Below are positions 9,423 through 19,051 of a stretch of DNA of 64,000 nucleotides, piece by piece. A program made the position numbers and the translations under genes. Positions within the stretch are counted from its first letter, which is position 1, and the number at the start of each line of letters is the position of its first letter. Location: contig CAVSHO010000007.1 of assembly GCA_963727825.1 (NCBI GenBank), positions 192,001 through 256,000 on the forward strand, read 5' to 3'. The notes under the pieces were generated by a model. It saw only the letters and a list, made by a program, of their open reading frames with translations, was not told the origin of the DNA and made no database searches. The stretch comes from Ignavibacteriota bacterium. Lineage in GTDB: Bacteria > Bacteroidota > Ignavibacteria > UBA10030.

Positions 9423-11831
9423 ATGCGAAGGACTTTGATTGGAATCGGTACAATATTTATTATTGTTTTACTCGTTGGAACATTAATTGGATATTTCCTC
9501 GTGACGCGATCTTTCCCGAAGGTTTCAGGAACAATAGATGTTAAAGGATTGGCGCAAGATGTGAAAGTTTATCGGGACGAATTTGGCGTTCCGCATGTTG
9601 TCGCGCAATCAGAATATGATGCATTCTTTACAGTTGGTTTTACGCATGCACAGGATCGGCTGTGGCAAATGGAATTGACGCGGCGTGTTGGTATGGGGCG
9701 TCTATCGGAAGTATTAGGAGAACCGGCGCTTCAGATTGATAAAATGTTCCACACTCTCGGTTTATGGCGCCATGCACAAAAAATTTCACAGTCGCTCGAT
9801 GATGATACACGTAAAGCATTGCAAGCATATGCAGATGGCGTGAATCAATTCATTGTAACACATGCCGGTAAATATCCTATTGAATTTGATATGTTGAAAA
9901 TCGAACCGGAGCCGTGGACGATCGAGCATTCGATCCTTGTCAGCCGATTGATGGCATGGGAATTGAATTACTCACGCTGGATAGATTTACTTCTTGCCGA
10001 ATTAGTCCAGAGATTTGGTGAAGCGAAGGCGAAAGAGATCTTCCCGTACTGGCCGGATAACGCCCCTTTTATTATTCCAAAAGAATTGAAAGGGAAAACA
10101 ATTGCTGAAGACCTTCGTCCGTTGTTTGAAGCGGAAGGAGCATGCCGCTCGCTTCTCGGAATTCGCGCTCTTGAGTCTGGCAGCAACGCGTGGGCAATCT
10201 CTGGTGCTAAGTCTGTTACCGGAAAGCCTATGCTTGCAAACGATCCACATCTTATACTGATGTCGCCGGCGCGGTGGTACGAACTTCACATCAGCGCACC
10301 GAACTTGGATGTTGCCGGAATGTCTATTCCTGGTGTGCCATTTATTGTGATGGGAAGAAATCAGCGCATTGCATGGGGTGTAACGAATGCAATGATGGAT
10401 GACGAAGACTTTTACATTGAAGAAGTTGATTCGCTTCAACATCCGACACGTTATCGATTTAACAACGAATGGCTGTCTATCACTGAAACTGTTGATACGA
10501 TTGTTGTGAAGGGATCACTGCCGGTTGCAATTTCTATATATAGTACGCACCGTGGACCAATTGTAAATAAAATAGAACCAACTGCCCAATCAGCATCATC
10601 GCTCATATCAATGCGATGGACTGGAAATGAAATATCAAATGAGGCCGGCGCTTTGTATCGAATTGATAAATCTGGTAACTGGCAGGAGTTTCAGGAAGCG
10701 TTAAAATTATTTGCTGTACCCGCACAGAATTTTGTGTACGCTGATGTCGATGGCAATATCGGATATCGAACGGGCGGCAAGCTTCCGATCCGAAAAACGA
10801 AGGGACCGACACTGCCGTTCCCCGGTTGGACAGATGAATACGATTGGAATGGATTTGTCCCGTTTGACCAGATGCCGTATGTCTTCAACCCGCCAGAAGG
10901 ATTTATAGCGACGGCAAACAACAAGATTGTCGATGATTCGTATCCTTATAACATCTCTAATCATTGGGAATCTCCGTGGCGGTCAATCCGGATAAGTGAA
11001 GTGCTGAATGAACAAGATAAATTTACGGTAGATGAAATCCAGCATCTACAGCTCGATCTTGTTTCCACGCATGCAATGGAAGTTGTGCCGTACATCCTTC
11101 ATGCATACGATAGCGTCATTGTTATTGATGAAGATGTGAAAACGGCACTGGAATATTTCCGGAATTGGAATTTCGAAATGCGGAAAGAAGATGTGAGTAC
11201 TACTCTATTCCAAGCAACAATCAACAAACTTATCTACAATGTTTTCCATGATAAAATGGGTGATCGACTTTACGGATTGTATGATACGCTGGCAAGCACG
11301 CCTTTGTCAGCATTGTCTCATTTATTGAAGAACCCTAACTCGGAGTGGTTCGATGATCTTAACACACCTCCGCGTGAAACACGGGATGATCTTATACGCA
11401 AGAGTGTAAGCGACGCACTTGTTATGTTAAAAAACCAACTCGGCGGCAATCTCAAAGAATGGCAATGGGGAAGACTGCACACGGTAACATTCGGACATGT
11501 TTTTGGTGCGAACAAATTACTTTCTGGATTCTTCAATATTGGACCATTCCCGATAGGTGGTTCGCATTCTACAATTAATGTTGGGCAGTATTTCATTGCT
11601 CATTCTTTTAAAAGTGCCGTTGGACCGTCAATGCGGCAAGTATTTAATCTCGCTGACATCAATGATACGCGAAGTGTTTTACCGCCGGGTCAATCGGGGC
11701 AAGTGTTTTCCAGCCACTACAAAGATCAAGTAACACTCTGGCTCAATGGCGCTTATAAAACGCGTCCGATGCAGCAGTCGATTATTGAATCAACATGCCG
11801 AGATGTTCTTACGCTAAGGCCAATGAGATGA
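9423..11831 (+). CDS. Penicillin acylase / AHL acylase family Ntn-hydrolase (peptidase S45)
   Basis: RDEFGVPH, HAQDRLWQM, GSNAW (catalytic Ser), ANDPHL, PGQSG. N-terminal membrane anchor. Confidence 0.93.
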   Translation: MRRTLIGIGTIFIIVLLVGTLIGYFLVTRSFPKVSGTIDVKGLAQDVKVYRDEFGVPHVVAQSEYDAFFTVGFTHAQDRLWQMELTRRVGMGRLSEVLGEPALQIDKMFHTLGLWRHAQKISQSLDDDTRKALQAYADGVNQFIVTHAGKYPIEFDMLKIEPEPWTIEHSILVSRLMAWELNYSRWIDLLLAELVQRFGEAKAKEIFPYWPDNAPFIIPKELKGKTIAEDLRPLFEAEGACRSLLGIRALESGSNAWAISGAKSVTGKPMLANDPHLILMSPARWYELHISAPNLDVAGMSIPGVPFIVMGRNQRIAWGVTNAMMDDEDFYIEEVDSLQHPTRYRFNNEWLSITETVDTIVVKGSLPVAISIYSTHRGPIVNKIEPTAQSASSLISMRWTGNEISNEAGALYRIDKSGNWQEFQEALKLFAVPAQNFVYADVDGNIGYRTGGKLPIRKTKGPTLPFPGWTDEYDWNGFVPFDQMPYVFNPPEGFIATANNKIVDDSYPYNISNHWESPWRSIRISEVLNEQDKFTVDEIQHLQLDLVSTHAMEVVPYILHAYDSVIVIDEDVKTALEYFRNWNFEMRKEDVSTTLFQATINKLIYNVFHDKMGDRLYGLYDTLASTPLSALSHLLKNPNSEWFDDLNTPPRETRDDLIRKSVSDALVMLKNQLGGNLKEWQWGRLHTVTFGHVFGANKLLSGFFNIGPFPIGGSHSTINVGQYFIAHSFKSAVGPSMRQVFNLADINDTRSVLPPGQSGQVFSSHYKDQVTLWLNGAYKTRPMQQSIIESTCRDVLTLRPMR

Positions 11832-12571
11832 ATATATCCGAAAAGCTTCGTTTGTTGCTTCAAAACACAGATTCAATTTGTGTGCTGACAGGGGCGGGCA
11901 TTTCAGCAGAAAGTGGAGTAGAAACTTTCCGCGGTTCCAATGGATTATGGTCGAAGCTAAAACCGGAAGAGCTGGCTAACTTCAATGCATTTATGCGTAA
12001 TCCGGAGTTGGTATGGGAATGGTACAATTATAGAAAAAAAATTATTCACGATGTGAAACCCAACCCTGCACATTTCGCTCTTGCGCGCATGCAGGAATTG
12101 GTAAAAGATTTCACATTAATTACGCAGAACATCGACAATCTACACGTACGTGCTGGCAGCAAAGCTGTGTTAGAACTCCATGGAAACATAGAGCGCAGCT
12201 ATTGTATTAATTGTGGAAAATTTGCTTCCAACGTCGAAGTTTCATTTGAAAACAAAGTGCCGCACTGTCAATCCTGTAATGGAATCATTCGTCCAGACAT
12301 TGTATGGTTTGGCGAAATGCTGCCGGAAGGAGTCTTTGAATCAGCGACAGAAGCAGCGAACCGGTGTGAATTATTTCTAACTGTCGGTACATCGGCAGTT
12401 GTATATCCTGCCGCAAATCTACCTTTAATAGCACGGAAGCAGGGTGCATATGTTGTAGAAATTAATATGGAGCGAACGGAAATATCGCATAACGTTAATG
12501 AGACAATACTTGGAAAAGCAGGCGAAGCACTGCCGCGTCTTGTGAAGATTAGAGAAGAAATAAGAGGATAG
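11828..12571 (+). CDS. cobB: NAD-dependent protein deacylase (class III sirtuin)
   Basis: GAGISAESG, TQNIDNLH, HG, two CxxC, GTS. YxxR motif (YNYR). Confidence 0.95.
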   Translation: MNISEKLRLLLQNTDSICVLTGAGISAESGVETFRGSNGLWSKLKPEELANFNAFMRNPELVWEWYNYRKKIIHDVKPNPAHFALARMQELVKDFTLITQNIDNLHVRAGSKAVLELHGNIERSYCINCGKFASNVEVSFENKVPHCQSCNGIIRPDIVWFGEMLPEGVFESATEAANRCELFLTVGTSAVVYPAANLPLIARKQGAYVVEINMERTEISHNVNETILGKAGEALPRLVKIREEIRG

Positions 12572-12575
12572 AACT

Positions 12576-14015
12576 ATGAGAAGTAAAAGAACAGTTGCCA
12601 AGACAAAAATTATTTGCACACTCGGCCCTGCTTCGCAAAGTGTTGAACAATTGGTGGAATTAATTCAAGCAGGTATGGATGTCGCACGATTGAATTTTTC
12701 GCATGGAACGCATGAGGATCATCTAGCGGCGATAAAAAATGTACGAGAGGCAAGTAAACTCACTGGAGAGCACATTGGCATTTTACAGGATTTATGCGGG
12801 CCAAAGATTCGTACCGGTAAGTTGCAGAATAAATCTGTAGAGTTGAAAGAAGGGGCAATGTTCGTATTCACTATCGATGAAATTGAGGGAGATGAACATC
12901 GGGTTACTACGACATATCGCGAATTACCGGACGATGTGAAAGCAGGAGATATAATTTTATTGGATGATGGCAAGATGGCATTGCGCGTAGTAATGAAGAC
13001 AGCAAAGGATGTTGAATGCACGGTGGTGAACGGCGGCATTCTGAAAGAAAATAAAGGAATGAATCTTCCTGGTATCAGGTTAAGCACGCCATCACTAACA
13101 GATAAAGATATCGAAGATTTAAAGTTCGGTCTTGCACATGACGTAGATTATGTGGCACTATCGTTTGTGCGTTCCGCAGGAGATATTCGAAATCTTCGAT
13201 CTGTTATTCAACAGCAGACGAAATTACGTGTTCCAATTGTAGCAAAGATCGAAATGAAAGAGGCGATCGATTTCATTGATTCCATCGTGACGGAAACTGA
13301 TGCAGTTATGGTAGCGCGCGGCGATCTCGGAGTTGAGATGTTGCCCGAAGATGTACCAATCCTACAGAAAATGATTGTGCGAAAGTGTAATGAAGCTGGT
13401 GTCCCAGTGATTATTGCAACGCAAATGCTTGAATCGATGATAGAAAATCCACGACCCACGCGTGCCGAGGCAAGCGATGTCGCGAACGCCGTGCTTGATG
13501 GCGCAGATGCTGTAATGCTAAGCGCAGAAACATCGATTGGGAAATTTCCAGTAGAGACTGTGCAAACGATGGATCGTATCATCTGCCGCGCCGAAATTCG
13601 CAGGCACGATCACCTAAGTATCAAACAAATTCCGGCGGAAACTCAGGAAAATGTGTTCGATGCAATCGCCCGTGCAGCTTGTGTTTTGGCTCGCCAGGTA
13701 AATGCTACAGCAATCGTACCAATCACACATTCAGGTGGGACAGCATTACGAATCAGCAAGTATCGCCCTGAATCGCGAATTATAGCTGTAACAAGTGATG
13801 AAAGAGTTCTCCGCAGTTTGAACCTCGTATGGTCTGTTCGTGGTATCACCATCAAAGATTTCATTCATGATAATGATACGGCATTCCGCAAGATTATTGA
13901 ACACCTCAAACAACAAGGATATGTTGAACGGGGGGACTTTGTTGTTTTTACCGCTGGATTACCATTCTTGGCAATGGGAACCACGGATACCGTTAATGTG
14001 CAGCGCGTGGAATAA
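12576..14015 (+). CDS. pyk: Pyruvate kinase
   Basis: RLNFSHG, AKIE, MVARGDLGVE, ATQMLESM, PTRAE. Confidence 0.98.
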   Translation: MRSKRTVAKTKIICTLGPASQSVEQLVELIQAGMDVARLNFSHGTHEDHLAAIKNVREASKLTGEHIGILQDLCGPKIRTGKLQNKSVELKEGAMFVFTIDEIEGDEHRVTTTYRELPDDVKAGDIILLDDGKMALRVVMKTAKDVECTVVNGGILKENKGMNLPGIRLSTPSLTDKDIEDLKFGLAHDVDYVALSFVRSAGDIRNLRSVIQQQTKLRVPIVAKIEMKEAIDFIDSIVTETDAVMVARGDLGVEMLPEDVPILQKMIVRKCNEAGVPVIIATQMLESMIENPRPTRAEASDVANAVLDGADAVMLSAETSIGKFPVETVQTMDRIICRAEIRRHDHLSIKQIPAETQENVFDAIARAACVLARQVNATAIVPITHSGGTALRISKYRPESRIIAVTSDERVLRSLNLVWSVRGITIKDFIHDNDTAFRKIIEHLKQQGYVERGDFVVFTAGLPFLAMGTTDTVNVQRVE

Positions 14016-14192
14016 ATGAGATGAGAGTCCGGAAAAATGCCGAATGTTTGTATAATTATGCTTTTATCGAAAAATCGGTTGTTGCGTCAATGGTACTTCT
14101 TTCATACATTTCTTTTAAAGAAAATACTCTGTCCAAAGAACTATGATGCATATGACAGTGTATGATTGCTGCTCATAAAAAACGAGCAACAA

Positions 14193-15100
14193 ATGGCAAT
14201 TACAGACCATCTCTGGGGAATCGTTCTAGCCGGTGGAGAAGGGAAACGGCTGCAGGAATTTATCCGCAAGCGGTATGGTGTTGAGCGTCCCAAACAATAC
14301 TCTGCAATAATCGGCAAGCGGATCCATGCTTCGCCACACACTTGATCGTGTGGAAAGAATTATTCCTCCAAAACAACTTCAAATTGTTGTTGCCCGCAAA
14401 CATCGCAAGATATCTTCCTGAAGTATTGAAAGAACGCGAGAAAAAAGCTGTTCTCTTTACACCAGAAAATCGCGAATCGGCGGCAAGCATCTATCTTGCA
14501 TTGTCTCATATTTATGTTCGCGATCCTGAAGCCATAATTGCACTATTTCCATCGGATCATTTCATTGGAGAAGAAGAGCGCTTTCTCCAGTATGTCGAAT
14601 TAGCGATTTCTTTCAATCAGGAACATCCGGATTATGTCGTTCTATTAGGAATTAAACCTACCGAAGCTGTCCCGGACTATGGGTGGATTGAGCCGAGTAA
14701 AAATTTCTTGCATTATAAAGGCAATCGTTTTTATAGAGTCGTCAGTTTTAATGAAAAACCAGATATTGAAAACGCACAGCAATATTTTAACAAAGGGTGG
14801 TTATGGAACTCGTTGGTGCTTGCAGCAAAGTGCGAGACACTAGTCAAAATGTACCGGCAGCATTTGGAAAGTATTTATAACGCATTCAAGAAAGCAAATA
14901 TAACTTATGGCACTGATAGTGAAGAAGGTTTTATTGCTAAAGCCTTTGCTGATATCCCCTCTAAAAATTTCTCAAAATCCCTTCTGGAAGAAATTCCTGA
15001 TAGCCTTTTTGTTTTACGCGTAGAAGGAATCCTTTGGAGCGATTGGGGAACAAAAGAACAGGTTTTAAAAGACCTCGATAGACTCGGTGTGGCTCATTAA
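14193..15100 (+). CDS. Mannose-1-phosphate guanylyltransferase-like nucleotidyltransferase, two apparent frameshifts (about 14322 and 14409)
   Basis: IVLAGGEGKRL..RPKQY in the first frame, then PSDH, DYGWI, FNEKPD, LWNS, WSDWG. Confidence 0.8.
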
Positions 15101-15258
15101 AAAAAAACTATCGACGTGAAGCAAATATACATTCGTTAGAAATAAGTCCATCCTAAGCTACAATTCTTTATATCGTCAACAACGTTAAATAAATGTGTTG
15201 CATAGCCTATCTGTAGTTTTTGAACGCGAAGTAATTGTTTCGTATCTTAAGAAAAGAA

Positions 15259-16368
15259 ATGAAAGCCGACAATAAAAATATTACTGTAGCGGTTGGCATG
15301 AGTGGAGGTGTTGATTCCTCTGTTGCTGCCGCACTGTTGATGAAAGAGGGTTACAACGTCATTGGTATTACGATGAAGACGTACGATTATGTGGAAGTCG
15401 GTGGTTCTAGCCCAAATGAGAGCAGTTGCTGTGATCTAAAAGCTGTAATGGATGCTCATACCGTTGCAGAAAAGTTAGGTTTTCCGCATTACGTTATCAA
15501 CTTACGCGAAGAGTTTGGGATTGCAGTCGTAAATGATTTTGTAGGAGAATATTTGAAAGGGCGAACGCCAAATCCCTGTGTCATCTGTAATCGGAAGATT
15601 AAATTTGGCGTGCTATTGGAAAAGGCGCAAGAACTTGGGGCGCAGTATATCGCAACCGGGCATTATGCTCGTGTTCGTTTTGACAAGCAGCGTAAAAGGT
15701 TTATTCTTTCGCGCGGCAAGTATGCTGAGAAAGACCAATCGTATGCACTCTGGGCGGTAACACAAGAAGCACTTAGCAAGACAATGTTTCCTCTCGGTGA
15801 AATGACAAAGCCTGAAGTACGGGCACTGGCAGAACAGTATGAACTGCTCAATGCACGAAAACACGAAAGTTACGAAATATGTTTCATTCCCGATGATAAT
15901 TATGAAAGGTTTTTGAAAGAACGTATTCCCGGTTTGCAGGAGCAAGTTTCAGGTGGCGATATTATACAGGATGGAAATGTCGTCGGTAAACACATCGGAT
16001 ATCCTTTTTATACTATTGGTCAACGCCACAACATCGGAGCTTACGGTCAGAAAATGTATGTAACTGAAATCGACAACAAGACAAATACAATTAAAATTGG
16101 TACGAATGATGAACTTTATCATCACACTCTCATAGCGGGTCAAGTAAACTGGAGTGGATTAGCAGTATTGGATAAAGATCTGCGTGTGCAGGCGAAAGTG
16201 CGATATAAAGATAAAGGAACTGATGCACTTGTTTCTATAGAAGAAAATGGAAATATTAAAGTCATATTCGATCAGCCAAAACGCGCAATCACTCCAGGAC
16301 AATCAGTCGTAATATATGATGGAGACGATGTTTTATGCGGTGGTATAATAGAACAAGTTTTAGATTGA
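15259..16368 (+). CDS. mnmA: tRNA 2-thiouridylase MnmA
   Basis: SGGVDSS, PNPCVICN, ATGHYA, DQSY, ICF, TPGQ. Confidence 0.97.
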   Translation: MKADNKNITVAVGMSGGVDSSVAAALLMKEGYNVIGITMKTYDYVEVGGSSPNESSCCDLKAVMDAHTVAEKLGFPHYVINLREEFGIAVVNDFVGEYLKGRTPNPCVICNRKIKFGVLLEKAQELGAQYIATGHYARVRFDKQRKRFILSRGKYAEKDQSYALWAVTQEALSKTMFPLGEMTKPEVRALAEQYELLNARKHESYEICFIPDDNYERFLKERIPGLQEQVSGGDIIQDGNVVGKHIGYPFYTIGQRHNIGAYGQKMYVTEIDNKTNTIKIGTNDELYHHTLIAGQVNWSGLAVLDKDLRVQAKVRYKDKGTDALVSIEENGNIKVIFDQPKRAITPGQSVVIYDGDDVLCGGIIEQVLD

Positions 16369-16506
16369 TTATATCGGAATAAAGATATTTGCAGCATATT
16401 TTGAATGAATAATAAATTTATTATATAATCACAATAAATGTTTCTTCGATTATCTTATCATTTTCATAACTTTGTTTCGACAAAACCGGCAACAATCATC
16501 AGCAAC

Positions 16507-16534
16507 GGAAACAAATTGAAACACCGGACGTTTA
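16507..16534 (+). promoter_or_regulatory. Putative autoregulatory ECF-sigma promoter
   Basis: GGAAAC-N16-CGTTTA ending 18 bp before the ECF sigma GTG. AAC/CGT is the classical ECF consensus. Confidence 0.7.
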
Positions 16535-16552
16535 TTAGGAAACTGAAACGAC

Positions 16553-17125
16553 GTGACTGACGATTTCTCACTTATTAAAGCGATTCAGGAAGGTGACCAT
16601 CAAGCATTTGAGTCGCTTGTCCGCCGCTATCAGCGTCAGGTGGCAAACCTGATATATGTAACTATGGGCAGCAGTGACAGTGTGGAAGACATTGCACAGG
16701 AAGTGTTTATTCGCGTGTATCGGTCATTGCCCCGATTTAAGTTCGATGCATCGTTTTTTTCATGGATTTATCGGATTACGATGAATCTATGCATCGATGA
16801 AATTAGAAAACGTAAGATCAGGAAAGTTTTATCGTTGGATTTCTTAACGGAAGATGCATTGGAAAAAAGCCGAAAGAACAAAGATCATATGATGCCCTCT
16901 GATTCGATATTAACAGATGAAAGACGTCAGATGGTTCAATCGGCACTTCAACGGTTAAAACCAGAACATAGAGATATACTTGTGTTACGCGAATATAAAG
17001 ACTTAGGATATAGTGAAATTGCCGATGCACTTGATATTAGTTTGGAAGCTGTGAAATCGCGTATCTTTCGTGCACGATCAGAGCTCAAAAATCTCTTAAG
17101 TGAATATTTTGAGGAAAGAACATGA
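16553..17125 (+). CDS. ECF (sigma-70 group 4, SigW/RpoE-like) sigma factor
   Basis: EDIAQEVF, FFSWIYRITMNLCID, YSEIA...VKSRIFRAR. Confidence 0.95.
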   Translation: MTDDFSLIKAIQEGDHQAFESLVRRYQRQVANLIYVTMGSSDSVEDIAQEVFIRVYRSLPRFKFDASFFSWIYRITMNLCIDEIRKRKIRKVLSLDFLTEDALEKSRKNKDHMMPSDSILTDERRQMVQSALQRLKPEHRDILVLREYKDLGYSEIADALDISLEAVKSRIFRARSELKNLLSEYFEERT

Positions 17126-17577
17126 ACCACAAAAAGATACAAATACTTGTGTCATCCTATTTGGATGATGAAGTCAACGATAGCGAAAAAGCTGAGGTGC
17201 TTTCACACCTCGAATTATGTTCGGAATGCCGTCAATTTATTGAGCATGCAAAACTCATGAAAGAAGAAATTAGTGCACTTGGTGAAGTAAAGCTTGCAAA
17301 TTCTTTTACAGCACAAGTGGCATATTCAGTAGAGGAACGAGATGAACAGAGTATGGAATGGCTTGGTATAGAACCATCAGCACGAAATACATTTTTCTTG
17401 CTTGCGGGTTTTGTCCTTGTAATAATCTTTCTCACGAGTTTCAACAACAACACTGTCTCAGCAATGAATGATCAACTATTAAATAGAATCACGTCGGATT
17501 CTATTTCGACACGTGTATTACTTCAACAAGAAAATCTCTCAAAGAATGATGTGTTGTATGCAGTGATGGTCAAATAG
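17122..17577 (+). CDS. Zinc-finger (ZAS, zf-HC2) membrane anti-sigma factor
   Basis: HLELCSEC (HxxxCxxC) and a single TM helix. Overlaps the sigma gene stop. Confidence 0.9.
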   Translation: MNHKKIQILVSSYLDDEVNDSEKAEVLSHLELCSECRQFIEHAKLMKEEISALGEVKLANSFTAQVAYSVEERDEQSMEWLGIEPSARNTFFLLAGFVLVIIFLTSFNNNTVSAMNDQLLNRITSDSISTRVLLQQENLSKNDVLYAVMVK

Positions 17578-17593
17578 GTGTAAGAGGTGAGTT

Positions 17594-17959
17594 ATGAAAC
17601 CAAAGACAAAAACAATCCTATTCATTATATTCAGCTTTATCCTTGGAGTTCTTTGCGGATGGTTTGTTCAGGATCGCTTTTTCCTAATGGCAAGTCATAA
17701 ACCGCCAGATTTCCAAAAAATGTTAACGGAGCGACTGCACCTCGATAACCATCAAGTTGTACAATTAGATTCGGTTCTGGAGGTGCGAAAGAAGCAGGTG
17801 GATATTCAATGGAATCAAATGCTTGCGGTACGGGATACAATACGAATGGAAATCCGTAAAATATTAAATGCAGATCAAACGAAAATATTTGATGAAATTC
17901 TCCAGGCAAAGGATGCACGCGAAGCAAAAATACGGGAACGTGATTCATCAAAAAAATAA
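17594..17959 (+). CDS. Periplasmic helical sensor/chaperone (Spy/CpxP/heavy-metal sensor-like)
   Basis: N-terminal TM helix, LHLDNHQ and ILNADQ (LTxxQ-like) repeats. Third gene of the ECF operon. Confidence 0.6.
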   Translation: MKPKTKTILFIIFSFILGVLCGWFVQDRFFLMASHKPPDFQKMLTERLHLDNHQVVQLDSVLEVRKKQVDIQWNQMLAVRDTIRMEIRKILNADQTKIFDEILQAKDAREAKIRERDSSKK

Positions 17960-19036
17960 TGTTTAGGAAGTTATCAATGATCATTGGCAAAAAAAAGAAA
18001 TATTTTATTGGCGGTGGAATAATCCTTGGCCTTCTTCTCGTTGTGGGTCTACGAATTACCTTGACATCATCTGCAGACGACCCGCGGCGGTTGGGTACAG
18101 CGCTTGTTAAAATTCAAAAACCATTTAAAGAAACGATGAGAACAGTATTTACATATACTGGCGATGTTGTTCCTATGCAGCAGGCGACTATCTATTCCAA
18201 AGTAAACGGAAATTTGGAACGCAATTATGTCGAAATGGGATCCTACGTTCATAGCAATCAAATGTTGGCATTGATCGATACAACGGAATTATTCCAGCTA
18301 TATCAGCAGACAAACGCAACGTACGAAAATGCGTCTTTGTTATTTGAACGCACAAAGCAGCTTTTTGAAAAAAAACTTGCGGCACAGCAAGACGTGGATA
18401 ATGCCGAAGCGACAATGAAAGTCGCAAAAGCAAATTACGATGCCGCTGCAACGCATCTTAGTTATGCACACATTGTTGCCCCATTTAACGGTTTTGTTAC
18501 AAGAAGATTTCTAGATGCCGGTGCGTTAGTTAACGCAAGCACCTCTACCTTATTCACAATGATGTACTTGGACAGCGTGAAGATTATCGTCTACGTGCCG
18601 GAAAAAGATTTATCGAAAATGTATCATGTGCGGATAGCAAAAGTAATACTTGATGCACTGCCGAATCAGGAATTTACTGGATACGTTAGCCGATTTCAGC
18701 GAAGCCGTCGATTTGACAACACGCACGATGCCGATTGAAGTGGACATCCCCAACCATTCTCGCATCATTAAACCCGGTATGTTTGCAACTATCTCATTTA
18801 TTGTAAGTGAACGGGAAAATGCCGTCACATTGTCGTCGGATGCATTATTGAAAGATGATGACGGATATTTTGTCTTCATTTCGGATGCAAAAAAAGCACA
18901 TAAAGTTCGCATTAACATCGGCAACGAAACTAATTCGCACACCGAGATTCTCTCGGGTTTAAATGGCGATGAAGATGTTATCACAACGGGCCAGCAATTT
19001 GTTAAAGAAGGCACGGCTCTTAATATTCAAAAGTAA
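17959..19036 (+). CDS. RND efflux periplasmic adaptor (MFP), frameshift near 18692
   Basis: The two overlapping ORFs join into one MFP (IVAPFNGFV ... VDLTTRT ... IKPGMFA). Confidence 0.88.
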
Positions 19037-19051
19037 AACGGTTTATTACCT

